Origin: Eledone cirrhosa
Taxonomy: Eukaryota
Direction of reading: 5' to 3'
Assembly: GCA_964016885.1 (NCBI GenBank)
Contig: OZ024740.1
Span: forward strand, 97,402,001-97,466,000
DNA length: 64,000 nt
Below, piece after piece: positions 1 through 13,145 of this stretch. The position numbers and the translations under genes are program-made. Position 1 is the stretch's first letter; each line of letters starts with the position of its first letter. The notes below the pieces were generated by a model, which saw only the letters and a program-made list of their open reading frames with translations, was not told the DNA's origin and made no database searches.

Positions 1-1605
1 ATACAACATAGTAATATAATGCGAGAAATAAGATATAAAAATTGTAATATAATAATAATATACAATGCAATACAATACATAATACAGAAATAACAATTAA
101 TATATATATATATCTACACGCACTCCGACACATATATATACACACACATATACACATTTACACATACACGTATTAACACAAATATATAAATATAAGCATT
201 ATAATAGAATAATCACCCTGACGGTGTGATTAAACAATACTAAAATCAATGAAAATAATATATTGACATTAAAAAAAAAAAAAATACATCGAACGTACCA
301 TACAATGTCAACAAAACGTGTATAAAAACATAATGTATTCCACAGGGTAAAAAATAATAATACCATACTATAAAATAAAATATGGTGAAAAAATATATGT
401 AAATATATATAATAGACAATAAATATACGGAGATATAGGCAATTCAAATACATATAATATTCCATATATATCTAAGTTCAAAATTAAGATAAATGAATTA
501 AATGAATTTAATCTAAATCGAAATCATGGGTGTCATGACATAATGCATGCGCCATAAATCCTGAGAATTTAAGCTCAAAGATAAATACATCTGAGCATAT
601 TATAATAACTAGAGATTGATTAACATATAAAAATACAGGAATAATCACAGGAGATAATTTAAGCTTGCGTGTAACCGCGCATAGCTAGTTTAGGCAATAT
701 TTCCCTTTAAGTGTGATTAACTTTCTTTGTATATATCCCATTAAAGAAATATATTTCACCAATTAATCAGATGGTAAGTCAGGGAAAGTGGATATTATTG
801 GATTGTCAACAAGGAAATAGATAATTATCCAGCTATTCGAGCTTACAGAGCGAGTTCAAAAATCAATCTCTAGTTATAATAATATTACATATTAATATTT
901 CAATACCAGACACACAATAGCAAGGGAGAAAGTTTTAAAACATATTTACACAATATATTAATCTACACAAGTGACAGAAGATAGAAGACAGACAGAATTA
1001 GCAAAGCATATGATAGCAAAACAAAACGAAAACAAAAAAAAACACAATCACAAAATCGCGTAGGCGCAACAAATTGTTAGGTGAAAATAAAAGATACAAC
1101 TATTAAAAGTCAAAAAATTGAATTGAAACCCTTATTAATTTAATTAATCCTATAATAGTTGAATAAACATTATGGAGCACTCCATATGGAACAAAATTTA
1201 AGTCACCAATGCCGATAGAGATTAAGATATTTCAATAAATGAGCTAATACATTCATCGAAGATATATTAATTTCCGTTATGACAACTGACGTTATCCAGA
1301 GTAAAAATTCCAATTGAAAATATGGTAGGCAAAAAGGAACAGAAAGAAGTAAAACTATGGAGGACAAGAAGGAACATAAAAGTATGATATATATATGTTC
1401 AATAAGGCGAAGATTAAGTGTAGAAAGAATGAGGTTCATTAGTCGTAGATATAGAAGACTAAAGTTAAACTATTAGCTATTCAAGGAGGCAATAAGATAC
1501 ACTCCAATTTTTCGGCTCTGTTTGATAACATTGAGCTATATCTTATACTGTCATTTCTCTAATACGACGAGTGTGTTTAACTCTAATGCTCTCAAGTATT
1601 TTTAT

Positions 1606-1680
<75 letters not shown>

Positions 1681-1733
1681 GTAAGTATGTATGTATACGT
1701 ACATACATATATGTATACAGACGTACAGTAGCA

Positions 1734-1785
<52 letters not shown>

Positions 1786-1951
1786 TATACATACATACAT
1801 GCAGGTACACATACATATATGCACGCTTCAGTTTAGCAGACGCTTATTATAGCGCTTGCTTTGTTCGTTTGTCAACAAACTGAACAGCCTGAATTTATGC
1901 CATACGGTGTTAAGGCAACCACGTCACCTTTTTGTTCAACACTGACACAGG

Positions 1952-1996
1952 AACGATGTACTAGTTTCAAGCTTGTTAGCTATCATCAGCACCGTT
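1952..1996 (-). ncRNA. Type I hammerhead ribozyme (minimal palindromic stem III)
   Basis: Minus strand: AACGGUG-CUGAUGA-U AGCU AACA AGCU U-GAAA-CUAG-UA/CAUCGUU; 7-bp stem I, GUA cleavage triplet; distal GUUCAAC/GUUGAAC helix. Confidence 0.9.
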
Positions 1997-2237
1997 TACC
2001 CATCTGCCAGATAGTTGAACGTTCGAAAGTATATACTTTCCTTATGAAAATTAACGGCTGAGCAGCCTAATTTGCATATTGAGTGAGTTAAATCGGTCAG
2101 GCATATCGAAAACGATAAGTTGAAAAAAATGAAAACGATAAACGAAATTTCATTTCTCACTCTTAGTATGGCACTTACTTAAATGTAAGTATGTATGTAT
2201 ACGTAGATACATATATGTATACAGACGTACAGGAGCA

Positions 2238-2285
<48 letters not shown>

Positions 2286-2451
2286 TATACATACATACAT
2301 GCAGGTACACATACATATATGCACGCATCAGTTTAACAGACGCTTATTATAGCGCTTGCTTTGTTCGTTTGTCAACAAACTGAACAGCCTGAATTTATGC
2401 CATACGGTGTTAAGGCAACCACGTCACCTTTTTGTTCAACACTGACACAGG

Positions 2452-2496
2452 AACGATGTACTAGTTTCAAGCTTGTTAGCTATCATCAGCACCGTT
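2452..2496 (-). ncRNA. Type I hammerhead ribozyme (second unit of the 500-bp repeat)
   Basis: Identical to 1952-1996. Confidence 0.9.
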
Positions 2497-2881
2497 TACC
2501 CATCTGCCAGATAGTTGAACGTTCGAAAGTATATACTTTCCTTATGAAAATTAACGGCTGAGCAGCCTAATTTGCATATTGAGTGAGTTAAATCGGTCAG
2601 GCATACCGAAAACGATAAGTTGAAAAAAATGAAAACGAAAAACGAAATTTCATTTCTCACTCTTAGTATGGCACTTACTTAAATGTAAGTATGTATGTAT
2701 ACGTACATACATATATGCATAGAAGTATTCTCTGGCAATGAACGAACAACGTATTTTGAAATATCCAGTTCTGCGTTTACAGATTGACTTTGTTATTTTC
2801 AGAAGATCACGTTAAGGATGAAAGCAGCGATTCTTTGCTTAAACTTTAATCTGTTATTTTAATAAATATGTTATATATATA

Positions 2882-2978
<97 letters not shown>

Positions 2979-3035
2979 TATATATATATGTATATATTAT
3001 ATATATATATATTATATATATATATATATTATATA

Positions 3036-3084
<49 letters not shown>

Positions 3085-3119
3085 ATATATATTATATATA
3101 TATATATTATATATAGTAT

Positions 3120-3500
3120 ATGTAAGTATGCATGTATACGTACATACATATATGTATACAGACGTACAGTAGCATGCACATATATATATATATATACATA
3201 TATATATACATATGCATACAGGTACACATACATATATGCACGTATCAGTTTACCGGCATAAATTCAGGCTGTTCAGTTTGTTTACAAACGAACAAAGCGA
3301 CGTTATAATAAGCGCCGCTAAACTGATACGTGCATATATGTATGTGTACCTGTATGCATATGTATATATATATGTATATATATATATATATGTGCATGCT
3401 ACTGTACGTCTGTATACATATATGTATGTACGTATACATGCATACTTACATTTAAGTAAGTGCCATACTAAGAGTGAGAAATGAAATTTCGTTTTCATTT
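3120..3500. repeat. Fold-back partial copy of the 500-bp unit
   Basis: About 3120-3250 is a direct copy of the unit start; about 3255-3500 is reverse complement of unit sequence; both sides lie in (TA)n. Confidence 0.8.
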
Positions 3501-3591
3501 TGTTTCAATATATATTATATATATATATATATTATATATATATATATTATATATATATATATATTATATATATATATATATTATATATATA

Positions 3592-3668
<77 letters not shown>

Positions 3669-3714
3669 TATTTATATATATATATTATATATATTATGTA
3701 TATATATATATTAC

Positions 3715-3781
<67 letters not shown>

Positions 3782-3941
3782 TATATATATATATATATAT
3801 TATATATACATTATATATATATTATATATATATATATATTATATATATTATATATTATATATATACATTATATATATATATATATATAAAATATATATGA
3901 TATATATATATATATATTATATATATAATATATATATATAT

Positions 3942-3974
<33 letters not shown>

Positions 3975-3987
3975 ATATATATATAAA

Positions 3988-4067
<80 letters not shown>

Positions 4068-4339
4068 AAGTTAAATAAAAGTCAAATGATTAAAATCTAG
4101 CTTCGTTTATTACTGCTTTATATATTTCAGTGACAGCCATCTTTGGCTGTGACCTCTTCAAGCAGTTTGAATTAGTATGGTATAGACAAGTACATATGTT
4201 GTTTAGGTGTATAATATTGTCAATACTCTGATATGCCCAGTTCCCTGTTGGGTTGTTATTTCACTGAGGAACTGGAGTCATATGAATTCAAACAAACGAA
4301 TTTCAGTGTCAAAGGTCCCCTTCTCTTCTCATACGGGAC

Positions 4340-4725
4340 GTGTGTGTTACAAATGTAAGGTTGTAACACCCACGTCCAGTAGGGCCTAGATAGGGTTAAC
4401 CGCCAATAGATTCAATCAGCGTCTTTACAGGCATACCCATTCTTTTCGTTACCCTCTAAGAAGGAATATGACGTCACTTTCAGCTTATATCTGGAGTCTA
4501 AAAGACGACCACACCCAATATAAGTTACACTGGGAGATCCTAGCTAGGGCTAGATCATATAACGGAAATAAAAGACCATGTGACCTCTGTGCCGCTGAGG
4601 CCCTGGAAATACTCTACGCCACAGACAACATCTTAAACAAAAAATCTGAGGCAATTTTGGCTTGTAAACATAAATTGCACAAAACTTTCCTGTATTACAG
4701 CCCCACGTTATACCCTAACGGATAG
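4340..4725 (+). pseudogene. PLE (Naiad-like) GIY-YIG endonuclease fragment
   Basis: CYKCKV..RA*IGLTANRFNQRLYRHTHSF..TSLSAYIWSLK..WEIL..CDLCAAE..LNKKSE..CKH; TAG at the Y of YIG. Confidence 0.85.
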
Positions 4726-6001
4726 TACGATCTATACGTGGATATTTTACGTCTTGATGTGGGAGCTAAGTATATGTTTTGTTTATACCATTACTTATTT
4801 GCATAGGTATGTATATATTACCCGTATGTTTTGTGAAGGTAAGTATACCTTCTCGTACGTATATCTGATTGTTTATGTTATGGCGTATAATTTTATATAT
4901 TCTGGTACATATGGTTTGGCTATGTGTATACGGGAGTTTTGCGTGTGTGTGAGTATGCAGGTTCGTACGTATGTAGGGTGTGTGTATGTGTACTTCATGT
5001 TTTGGTTGACTTACGTCTCCGAACATTCGTGTATTTACTTGTAGGTATGTGTGTGCGCTTGTTAGATACGTATTTATTTATTTATATACGTTAATGTAAT
5101 TATTTATTTATTTGTATACACGCATACACACACACACATATTTATATGTGCGTGGTTTTGTATACCTATGGTAAGTGTTTTGCGTATACTTGTGTATGTA
5201 CGTTTTTGTTTGCGTGTATGTATTTATTTATTTCTATTACTTCTGTATTGTATTTATTTACTTTGTTCTTAACTCTGATGCGGAGATTCATTCGGTCTCC
5301 TACTTAGAATTTTAGTCTACGACTTCTGCTATACCATTTAGGTGGTTTTGTCTTTGCGTGCTATTGTTCTCCACGCAGCACATATGACTCTTTATCTTCG
5401 TTTTTTTCGTTCATTGCCAGAGAACGTCTCTATGAACCACCTAAGAGAACATTAGTCTACGACCTCTTTATACCATTAACGTGGTTCTGTCTTTGCGCGT
5501 AATTGTTTTTCTCCGCCCCTATTAATGACGTATTATATTCGTTTTTTCCCGTTCTTTGCCAGCGAACGTTTCCACGAACCAAAGTATTGTCTTCCTGTCT
5601 TCCTCCGGTTGCAACGTTTTTTGAAATATCCAGTTCTGCGTTTACAGATTGACTTTGTTTGTTTCAGAAGATCCTGTATTAACTCTACAACTATTGAGCT
5701 TTGACAGTGGTCCCACTCATGTATACTGTTGAAGATGTAGAGAAAGACTGTAAAAACTAGCTTATCTTTATAATTTAAAATTGATACACATTACGATACT
5801 TTTTGCCTTATGACAGCTGGTTTTCACGCCGTAACATTAGATACATTATATACCCCCCACCTAAGTAATGTCAGGGTCTCCTTAAATAGTTTATTGATAG
5901 CATTGTTGTAATAATTGTTGTTGTTATTGTTCTAATTGAATGCCATAACTACTCCATATTTTCTTTTCTTTTCTTGCCTGTGTATTTTCTTCATTCTCGC
6001 A

Positions 6002-6109
6002 TGCTCCGTAGATCTGACTGGTTATAATTCTGTATTGGCGATCGAGTGACGCAAAATTAGGCGGATAGCGATCTCTAGACATACCAGTTCAGTGAAACAA
6101 ATGTAAGCT
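6002..6109 (+). ncRNA. Degenerate hammerhead with long stem II insertion (paralog of 15146-15254)
   Basis: GCU-CCGUAGA-..UGACUGGU..ACCAGUUCA..-GAAA-CAAAUG-UA/AGC; core mutated; aligns with the 15.2-kb copy. Confidence 0.5.
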
Positions 6110-6171
6110 ATGTGATTAAAAACTTTTTTGTATAGCAAACCATGTAAACCTTCTTTCCTGATTTATATATA

Positions 6172-6266
<95 letters not shown>

Positions 6267-6283
6267 ATATATTATATATATAA

Positions 6284-6387
<104 letters not shown>

Positions 6388-6545
6388 TTTACGTATCGAG
6401 AAAGAGAGAAAAAATGGGGGGATAGGTGATACATATAGTTATTTGCCAAGTAGCGTATGCCAAAGGTGCTCGATACTAGTGCCGGCAGTATTAAATATTC
6501 GAAGTGTTAATATTTAGTGGGCTAGAGAGTTAGCAGAGCGTAAGC

Positions 6546-6905
6546 ACGTGGGAAAGTGAAAAATCGGAGAATAGACCGTTAAAACATGTTTATTGAAAAT
6601 ATCACCTACGTATGTTTCGCCCAGTTGGGCTTCTCAAGGGCATAAACAGTCACAAGTGTTCCTTATATAGTTTGGAAAGAGATTTGGGGGTTAAATCGAC
6701 ATCAAGATTCATCGCTCGCAAAGATATTTTTGCGAGCGATGAATCTTGATGTCGATTTAACCCCCAAATCTCTTTCCAAACTATATAAGGAACACTTGTG
6801 ACTGTTTATGCCCTTGAGAAGCCCAACTGGGCGAAACGTACGTAGGTGATATTTTCAATAAACATGTTTTAACGGTCTATTCTCCGATTTTTCACTTTCC
6901 CACGT
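6546..6905. repeat. 360-bp near-perfect palindrome (inverted pseudo-LTR pair)
   Basis: 6546-6725 is the reverse complement of 6726-6905 with about 2 mismatches and no spacer. Confidence 0.95.
6803..6864 (+). ncRNA. Hammerhead variant with U3:A8 core (mirror copy on minus strand at 6587-6648)
   Basis: CC-UUGAGAA-GCCC AACU GGGC-GAAA-CGUACG-UA/GG; distal UGUUUAU/AUAAACA helix; AATAAA at 6857; proximal stem I is weak. Confidence 0.65.
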
Positions 6906-6916
6906 ATATATATATA

Positions 6917-6984
<68 letters not shown>

Positions 6985-7044
6985 ATAGATATAGATATAT
7001 ATATATAATATATAAGAACAGAAGATGGTTAAAGGAGTTCCATG

Positions 7045-7115
7045 TATTTTATTATGCGCATTTCAAAAACAAACATCATCATGCAATAATATTTGTGTTT
7101 TCATCAGATAAAACA
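7045..7115 (-). ncRNA. Type I hammerhead ribozyme
   Basis: UGUUUUAU-CUGAUGA-long stem II (ACAAAUAUUAU/AUGAUGUUUGU)-GAAA-UGCGCA-UA/AUAAAAUA. Confidence 0.85.
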
Positions 7116-7323
7116 GGAGGACATGATATGAAGGCTAAAAAACACTTGTGGATAGTGCAGTTTTAAATCCGTGCAGTTTTAAATAGTGCAGTTTTAAATC
7201 CGATATCTGCATTGCTTTATTGTACTGCAATAAAACTCACCTCCTACATATATATATCTCTTCCTACCCCCTTCTTTATCTTTTATCTAGTGTATGAAAT
7301 ATTTTCATATCATTCTAATACAA

Positions 7324-7440
7324 AGGTCTGATGACATGGTGTGTTGGCTTACAGTGTACTTTCGGTTTTTGATAATATTTGTGTATTATTCAAGTAGCGA
7401 GGTATAGGTAACTCATACACTATAGAAACAATTGTTACCT
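7324..7440 (+). ncRNA. Type I hammerhead with about 90-nt expanded stem II
   Basis: AGGU-CUGAUGA-CAUGGUGUG...UACACUAUA-GAAA-CAAUUG-UU/ACCU, immediately followed by AATAAA. Confidence 0.75.
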
Positions 7441-7481
7441 AATAAATTCTATATACCCGCATTTCCATTTCGTAAATGTTT

Positions 7482-7527
<46 letters not shown>

Positions 7528-7588
7528 TATATATATATATATTATATATATTATATATATATATTATATATATATATATTATATATAT

Positions 7589-8270
7589 CCAGTGGGTGTA
7601 ACTAGGAGTTACTGCAGGTTCACCCGGGTGAGCACTCGATGTTTAGGTTCACTTCTGTGATGATGTGTTGAGCTATACAGAGTGTAAAATATAGAAAGGA
7701 TAAAAAGGACGATTGATTATTCCTTCATTGCATTTATTGATAGGTGACGCGCGTTTCGCCACTGATCAGCTCAAGGTTGGATCTATATCGATCCTACCCG
7801 ACTCAATAATTGCCAGCTCGACGGACCCTCTTAAAATGCTATAAGAAAATGAAATACATGCTATGTGGTAAAGTCAGAGTTTCAAGAGTTTGACAAAATG
7901 AGTTGTTTTGATTGGTGAGAAGGATCAAGGCGATGTACTGGCCTGTAGTTTATATGGTGATGGGTGTGATGGTGAGATGTTGGTGACGGTCTCTGGATGA
8001 GGTGGGCTGTGGTGTGGTGGTGAGGGTGGGTTGGCCTTGGCGTGTAGAGTATGTGGGGTGGATGTGATGATATGGTGGTTGTGAAGGTTATTTAGTGGGA
8101 TGGGCTGTGGTATGAGGTTAGTGGATTGTCAGTAGACGGGTTGGCGTGTGGGTGGGGTTGTGGTAGTGGTGCTTTTGTGTATGGTAGCAGCGTTGGTGGT
8201 GGTGTGGTGGATGTATTGGTGGCGTCAGGTCCTTACATAGATACATAGTTAGACGCTCTTCGTCTGGCAG
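7589..8270 (-). mobile_element. PLE 3' UTR/pseudo-LTR relic, same family as 46291-47890, with degenerate HHR at 7743-7827
   Basis: 7589-7900 aligns with 46291-46600; GAAA-CGCGCG-UC/ACC then AATAAA; ends at (TA)n. Confidence 0.7.
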
Positions 8271-8372
8271 ATACCTTGTATATACGTATACGTACACACA
8301 TATATATATATATATGTGCACATATATTGTTGTATAAACACACACAACATAAAACACATACGCACATCCCTG

Positions 8373-8550
8373 CAAAAAACGTTGCAACCGGAGGAAGACA
8401 GTATCGTCTTCCTGTCTTCCTCCGGTCGCAACGTTTTTTGAAATATCCACTTCTGCGTTTACAGATTGACTTTGTTAGTTTCAGAAGATCCCGTTAAGGT
8501 TGAAACCAGGGATTCTTTGCTTAAACTTTAATCTGTTATTTTGATAAATA
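8373..8550 (+). repeat. Dispersed repeat 3' end with a 28-bp-arm hairpin at its 5' junction; related copies at about 2720-2866 and 5310-5672
   Basis: TTGAAATATCCA.TTCTGCGTTTACAGATTGACTTTG occurs at about 2757, 5621 and 8438; inverted repeat 8373-8400/8413-8440. Confidence 0.7.
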
Positions 8551-8555
8551 TATAC

Positions 8556-8588
<33 letters not shown>

Positions 8589-8708
8589 ATATATTATATA
8601 TATATATATTATATATATATATATTATATATATATTATATATATATATATATAATATATATATTATATATATTATATATAGTTATATTATATATATATTA
8701 TATATATA

Positions 8709-8774
<66 letters not shown>

Positions 8775-8776
8775 TA

Positions 8777-8821
<45 letters not shown>

Positions 8822-8844
8822 TATATATATATATATGTGTGTTA

Positions 8845-8996
<152 letters not shown>

Positions 8997-10944
8997 TATA
9001 TATTTTATATATATATATATATATATATTATATGCAAAAGTTCTATTTAAATTGCTGGGACACAACAAGTAAATATTTTTATAACTGATATAAAGCACTC
9101 GACAAGTATGTGGAGTAGATATACGATATTAACAAATGGAAACTATATTTATAAAACCATATTTATTTCATTATACATATTTCAAGGATACCAGACAAAA
9201 TACAATATATACCAGTTTTATATATAAACATTGACCTACCCTTTCAAAATGCGACCGTTACTTTTGGAAGACATCATGATAGTGGTTTGTTTATTTTAGT
9301 AAGTCGTAGTGTTAAGGATAAGTAAAAAGACGGAGAGAGAGAGAGAAACGTGGAGAAAAGAAAGGGAGAGATAAATAAAGAAAAAGAGGAAAGAAAAAAG
9401 AAAAAAGAAAAAAGAAAAAAGAAAAAAAAAGAAAAAAGAAAAAAGAAAAAAGAAAAAAGAAAAAAGAAAAAAGAAAAAAAGAAAAAAGAAAAAAGAAAAA
9501 AGAAAAAAGAAAAAAGAAAAAAGAACAAAGAAAAAAGAGAAAAGAAAAAAGAAAATAAAAAAAGAAAAAAAGAAAACAGGAAAACAACAGAGAGATATCA
9601 AACCACCAGACAGAGAGAAAAAACTCAAGAGAGAGAAATATAGAGATAGAGAGAGGGGGAGAGAACGAAAACCTTAAGTCATGTCATATTAAGTTGAGTT
9701 AACAATTGAGATGAAATGAATAAATAAAATTAGAAATATTAATATTCATGAATGGAATATACACATATAATATGAGAAATTAATCATTGTTTAATTATGA
9801 TTAGATATTTAGTTTAAAAATTGAGATCAATATATTAAAAATTGGAATTTAAACATCACAAAATATATATATTGCTAGAGAAATTACCTATCGTATAGCA
9901 CGTACATATAGGCAAAGATACATAAATATATATGTACACAGACACTCAGAAAATACACATTATATCTACTCCCGCATATAATATATACATACAAAGCATA
10001 AGTGATTTTTTTATTACTGCTATACATTTCTTGTTTTATTAAATAAAAATTCTTAGTATATATATATAAATATATAGGATTAACTTTCATGCATTTATGG
10101 CTGTTAAATTATGCATATCTGCAATCAAAACTGCATGGGTAAGCGTGTACATGTACACACACAATTTTTAGCTATACATATATAAATATGTGTGTGCATC
10201 TTCACCCAATTGGTAGACACGCGTCACTCATGCATATATACAGACAGACATATAATCATAAAAAAGCATATAACGCATGTATATGTATGTTAATACACAT
10301 ATATAGATACATAATCGTATAGAGATAAGTATACATCAATATATTACATAGTACAATTGAGTATATAAAATATAAAAGGATTATATTTTGGAAATATAAT
10401 TATATCAATATAACTTAAAAGACAAACGAATTCGACAAATATCAAAATATTCAAATATTTTAAAATATTATAGAATATTTATGTTAAAATAATATGTTTA
10501 ATAGATTTAGTATAGAAATTTATCTTACGTATATTTTAATCAAGATATTGAAAGGATAAACTTTTGAAAATTATGATAAGCTATAAAAACAAACCTAATG
10601 AAAAATAAATAAAATATTATATCAATATAACTTAAAAAACAAGGATTCTACAGTTATCAAAATATTAAAATATTTAAAAATATTATAGAATATTTTAAGC
10701 TAAAATAATATGTTTAATATATTTATTATAGAAATTTATCTTACGTATATTTTATTCGGGATATTGAAAGGATAAACTTTTCTAGAATAGTTTATTATAT
10801 TTATATTTATATTTATATTTAGGAAGAAAATTTATACTTGAGTACTTAACCAAAGAAAATGAAAAAGGTGAAGGAATCTAATGATTTATCGACAGGTTTT
10901 ATATACCAAATTACTTAATTAATTATACTACATTTTAAATTTAT

Positions 10945-13145
10945 ATTTATATTTAAACGTTAAGTTCAATCTATGTCTGCAGCAACTGAATAAATTATTC
11001 CTTAAATTAAGGGAATTTTTGGTCTTTAATATAAAGAATATTTCCTCTATACAAAGATCACAATTTTCTGAAGAGGAATTAAAAGGAGTAGCTTATGAAA
11101 TAATATTCCAAATCAGTGAATATTCAAAATTATCTCGTTTTAGGTGCCCTAATAGGCTAGATAGCGAAGTTGAAGATTTTTTGTTTGTATCTGTAAAATA
11201 ATTTTTCTGATTATTGAAGCGGGATTTAAATTCTGTAGAGGTAGAACAGACATAATTAAATGAATTTAAATTAGTTTTAACATTACAATTATAAACTACA
11301 TTTTTAGCTAAGCAGTTGTTATTTAACGGACAGTTGGATTTATTTCTACAGTTACAATTATTCGATTGAATATTGCTTGGGTTATTATTGGTATTTTGGT
11401 TAGGTTTTAAATTTCTATTATTAATTCTATTAATATTTTGTGCTAAATTTTTTGGGGAAGAATAAGTTAATTTTATAGTATGTCTATTAAAAATTGAGTA
11501 ATATTTATGTGTTCTAGGGAAGCGTTTGTCAAGAGCTTCAAAGAATAGTTTAGCAATAGGGGTTTTAATATTTAGTGAGAAAGGAGGAGCGAACCATAAT
11601 ATATTCCTAGTTCTATTTCTTTTTCGGCTTTCGGAATTATTGTAATGTTTTCTATTACAGTTGTTAAAAGTGTTACCATAATTAAAGTTGTTATTATTTT
11701 GGTTAGTTTGTATATTATTATTATTATCGATGTATTTAATTTTATTTCTATACCCAGCTCTACCTAACGCTTCGTTGTAATAATGCGCTTTTTCATCAAA
11801 TATATTCTTATTTGATGAAATTCTTGAAATTGGTTCTATTGTATTTTTAACGGATCTGGGGTGATTAGAGTTAAAATTGACATCCTTTAAGTTCTCATTT
11901 AGTTTGTGAAATGTATAATGAAGACATGTGTTGAGATATAGTGTTACATCAAGAAAATTTACTATTTTATGGGTATTCTCTATTTCTACTTTTAGATTAA
12001 GGTAATTAAAAAATTGTATAATTTGTTTTCTTTTTCTATTTAGTTCACAGCTATTATTTTCTATAAGTAAAAGCATGTCGTCACGATATAAGCCTCCGGT
12101 TACACCTGATATTTTTCTATGTAGAGAATTAATTATAAATAGGCCCACAAGGTCCGTTACCTGAGCTGAGTCTGAAGATCCCATAGTTGTGTCGAAATTA
12201 TTATTTCTATCTGCCCTCGTCCAGAGTTCGTTATTAAATTCTATTAATGTTTTCCGTGCCGATAATATAATGTGCATTTCATTGCTAGTTAGGTCTGTAT
12301 GTTTAAATGCGTAAGTTAGTGCCTTATTCAGTAGATTAGGAGTGATAGATGAGTAGTAGTTAGCAATATCCAACTGAATAATCTTATTATTATAGTTATA
12401 TTTAATTTCTTTAAACCAATCGATAACCTCACTAGTCCCTTTCCATAATTTTAAGTAAGATAAATTAGGTAATAATTTTATAATTTGTTGTATTACCCTG
12501 TCTAGAATATTTTTGCCAAGTTGTCCCAGGTCAGATTTGGATGGTGCAATTAATCTGACTGGTAAATCATTTTCAAAGTTTCTTTTATGATCCTTCATAT
12601 TGATCTTAGGTTTCCTAGGCATGAAAGGTTGTGTTTTATTCTCAATGTCTAATTCATGCATTATACAAGATGCATCTGTATTAAGTTTTTCAAGTTCATC
12701 CTTACTTGCTACCTTCTACTTTTTCCTTAGTTCTTTCAATATAAGGTCGTTATACATGTCCTTTTGTACTCCATAAAGCTTGTTAGTTTTGTCCGACTTC
12801 ACTAAAATTTTGTCTGTTTTCTCCAGGTTTTCAATATTATCCTTAATACATCTTAAGTAGTCCTGGCCTTTGAAGTTTCTCTTGAATTTGATGCCTTGGA
12901 TGATAGATACTATATCGTTTTCAAAATCCATTAGTAATTTGTTGGGGGTGGAATATTTTAGATTTGAAAATTTTGTCCAGATTTGAAACATTTTCATTTA
13001 GATTAGATTTATCAAAGTGGAAAGCACGCCACCTGATTCTTCTTATAAAAGAGTCTGATTTTTCTATTAATTGTTTAATAATATCTTTATTTCTAGGTAG
13101 AGGTATGTCTTTTAGAGAAGAAGAAGAGATCTTAAAGAATTCCAT
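10945..13145 (-). pseudogene. PLE RT + GIY-YIG endonuclease ORF, disrupted
   Basis: FIRRIRWRAFHF, KSDKT, LDIANYYSSI, MGSSDSAQV, GLYRDD, VNFLDVTL, SNHP, WFAPPF, CNCRNKSNCPL (CxCx5C), VVYNC..YVC, CDLCIEE..CCRH; frameshift near 12970, in-frame TAG at 12716, TAA at 11093. Confidence 0.92.

Larger units (their letters stand above)
1680..2717 (-). repeat. 500-bp tandem repeat (about 2 units) with one type I hammerhead per unit; retrozyme/PLE pseudo-LTR-like
   Basis: Sequence at 1861 recurs at 2361 (identical 66-aa spurious ORFs), giving a period of 500; it starts in (TA)n. Confidence 0.85.

Noticed and set aside
745-790. Possible minus-strand HHR (CUGACUU..GAAAUAUAU)
   Set aside because: The core is non-canonical and no stem I pairing is available
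2868-4060. Long I/Y-rich ORFs (also at about 8700-9100 and 14580-14979), plus K/E-, F/S- and D/G-rich ORFs
   Set aside because: These are translations of (TA)n, (GAAAAA)n and (GAT)n repeats
4110-4168. Minus-strand hammerhead
   Set aside because: Stem II, GAAA-UAUA-UA and AATAAA are present, but the core reads UUGAAGA and overlaps stem I (CU apparently lost); counted only as degenerate
5275-5300. CUGAUGC plus hairpin GGAGA/UCUCC
   Set aside because: No GAAA or cleavage half follows; it may be truncated by the adjacent repeat
10945-13145. Selenoprotein-type Naiad (in-frame UGA at Cys positions)
   Set aside because: The in-frame stops are TAG and TAA at non-Cys positions, and the Cys motifs use normal codons
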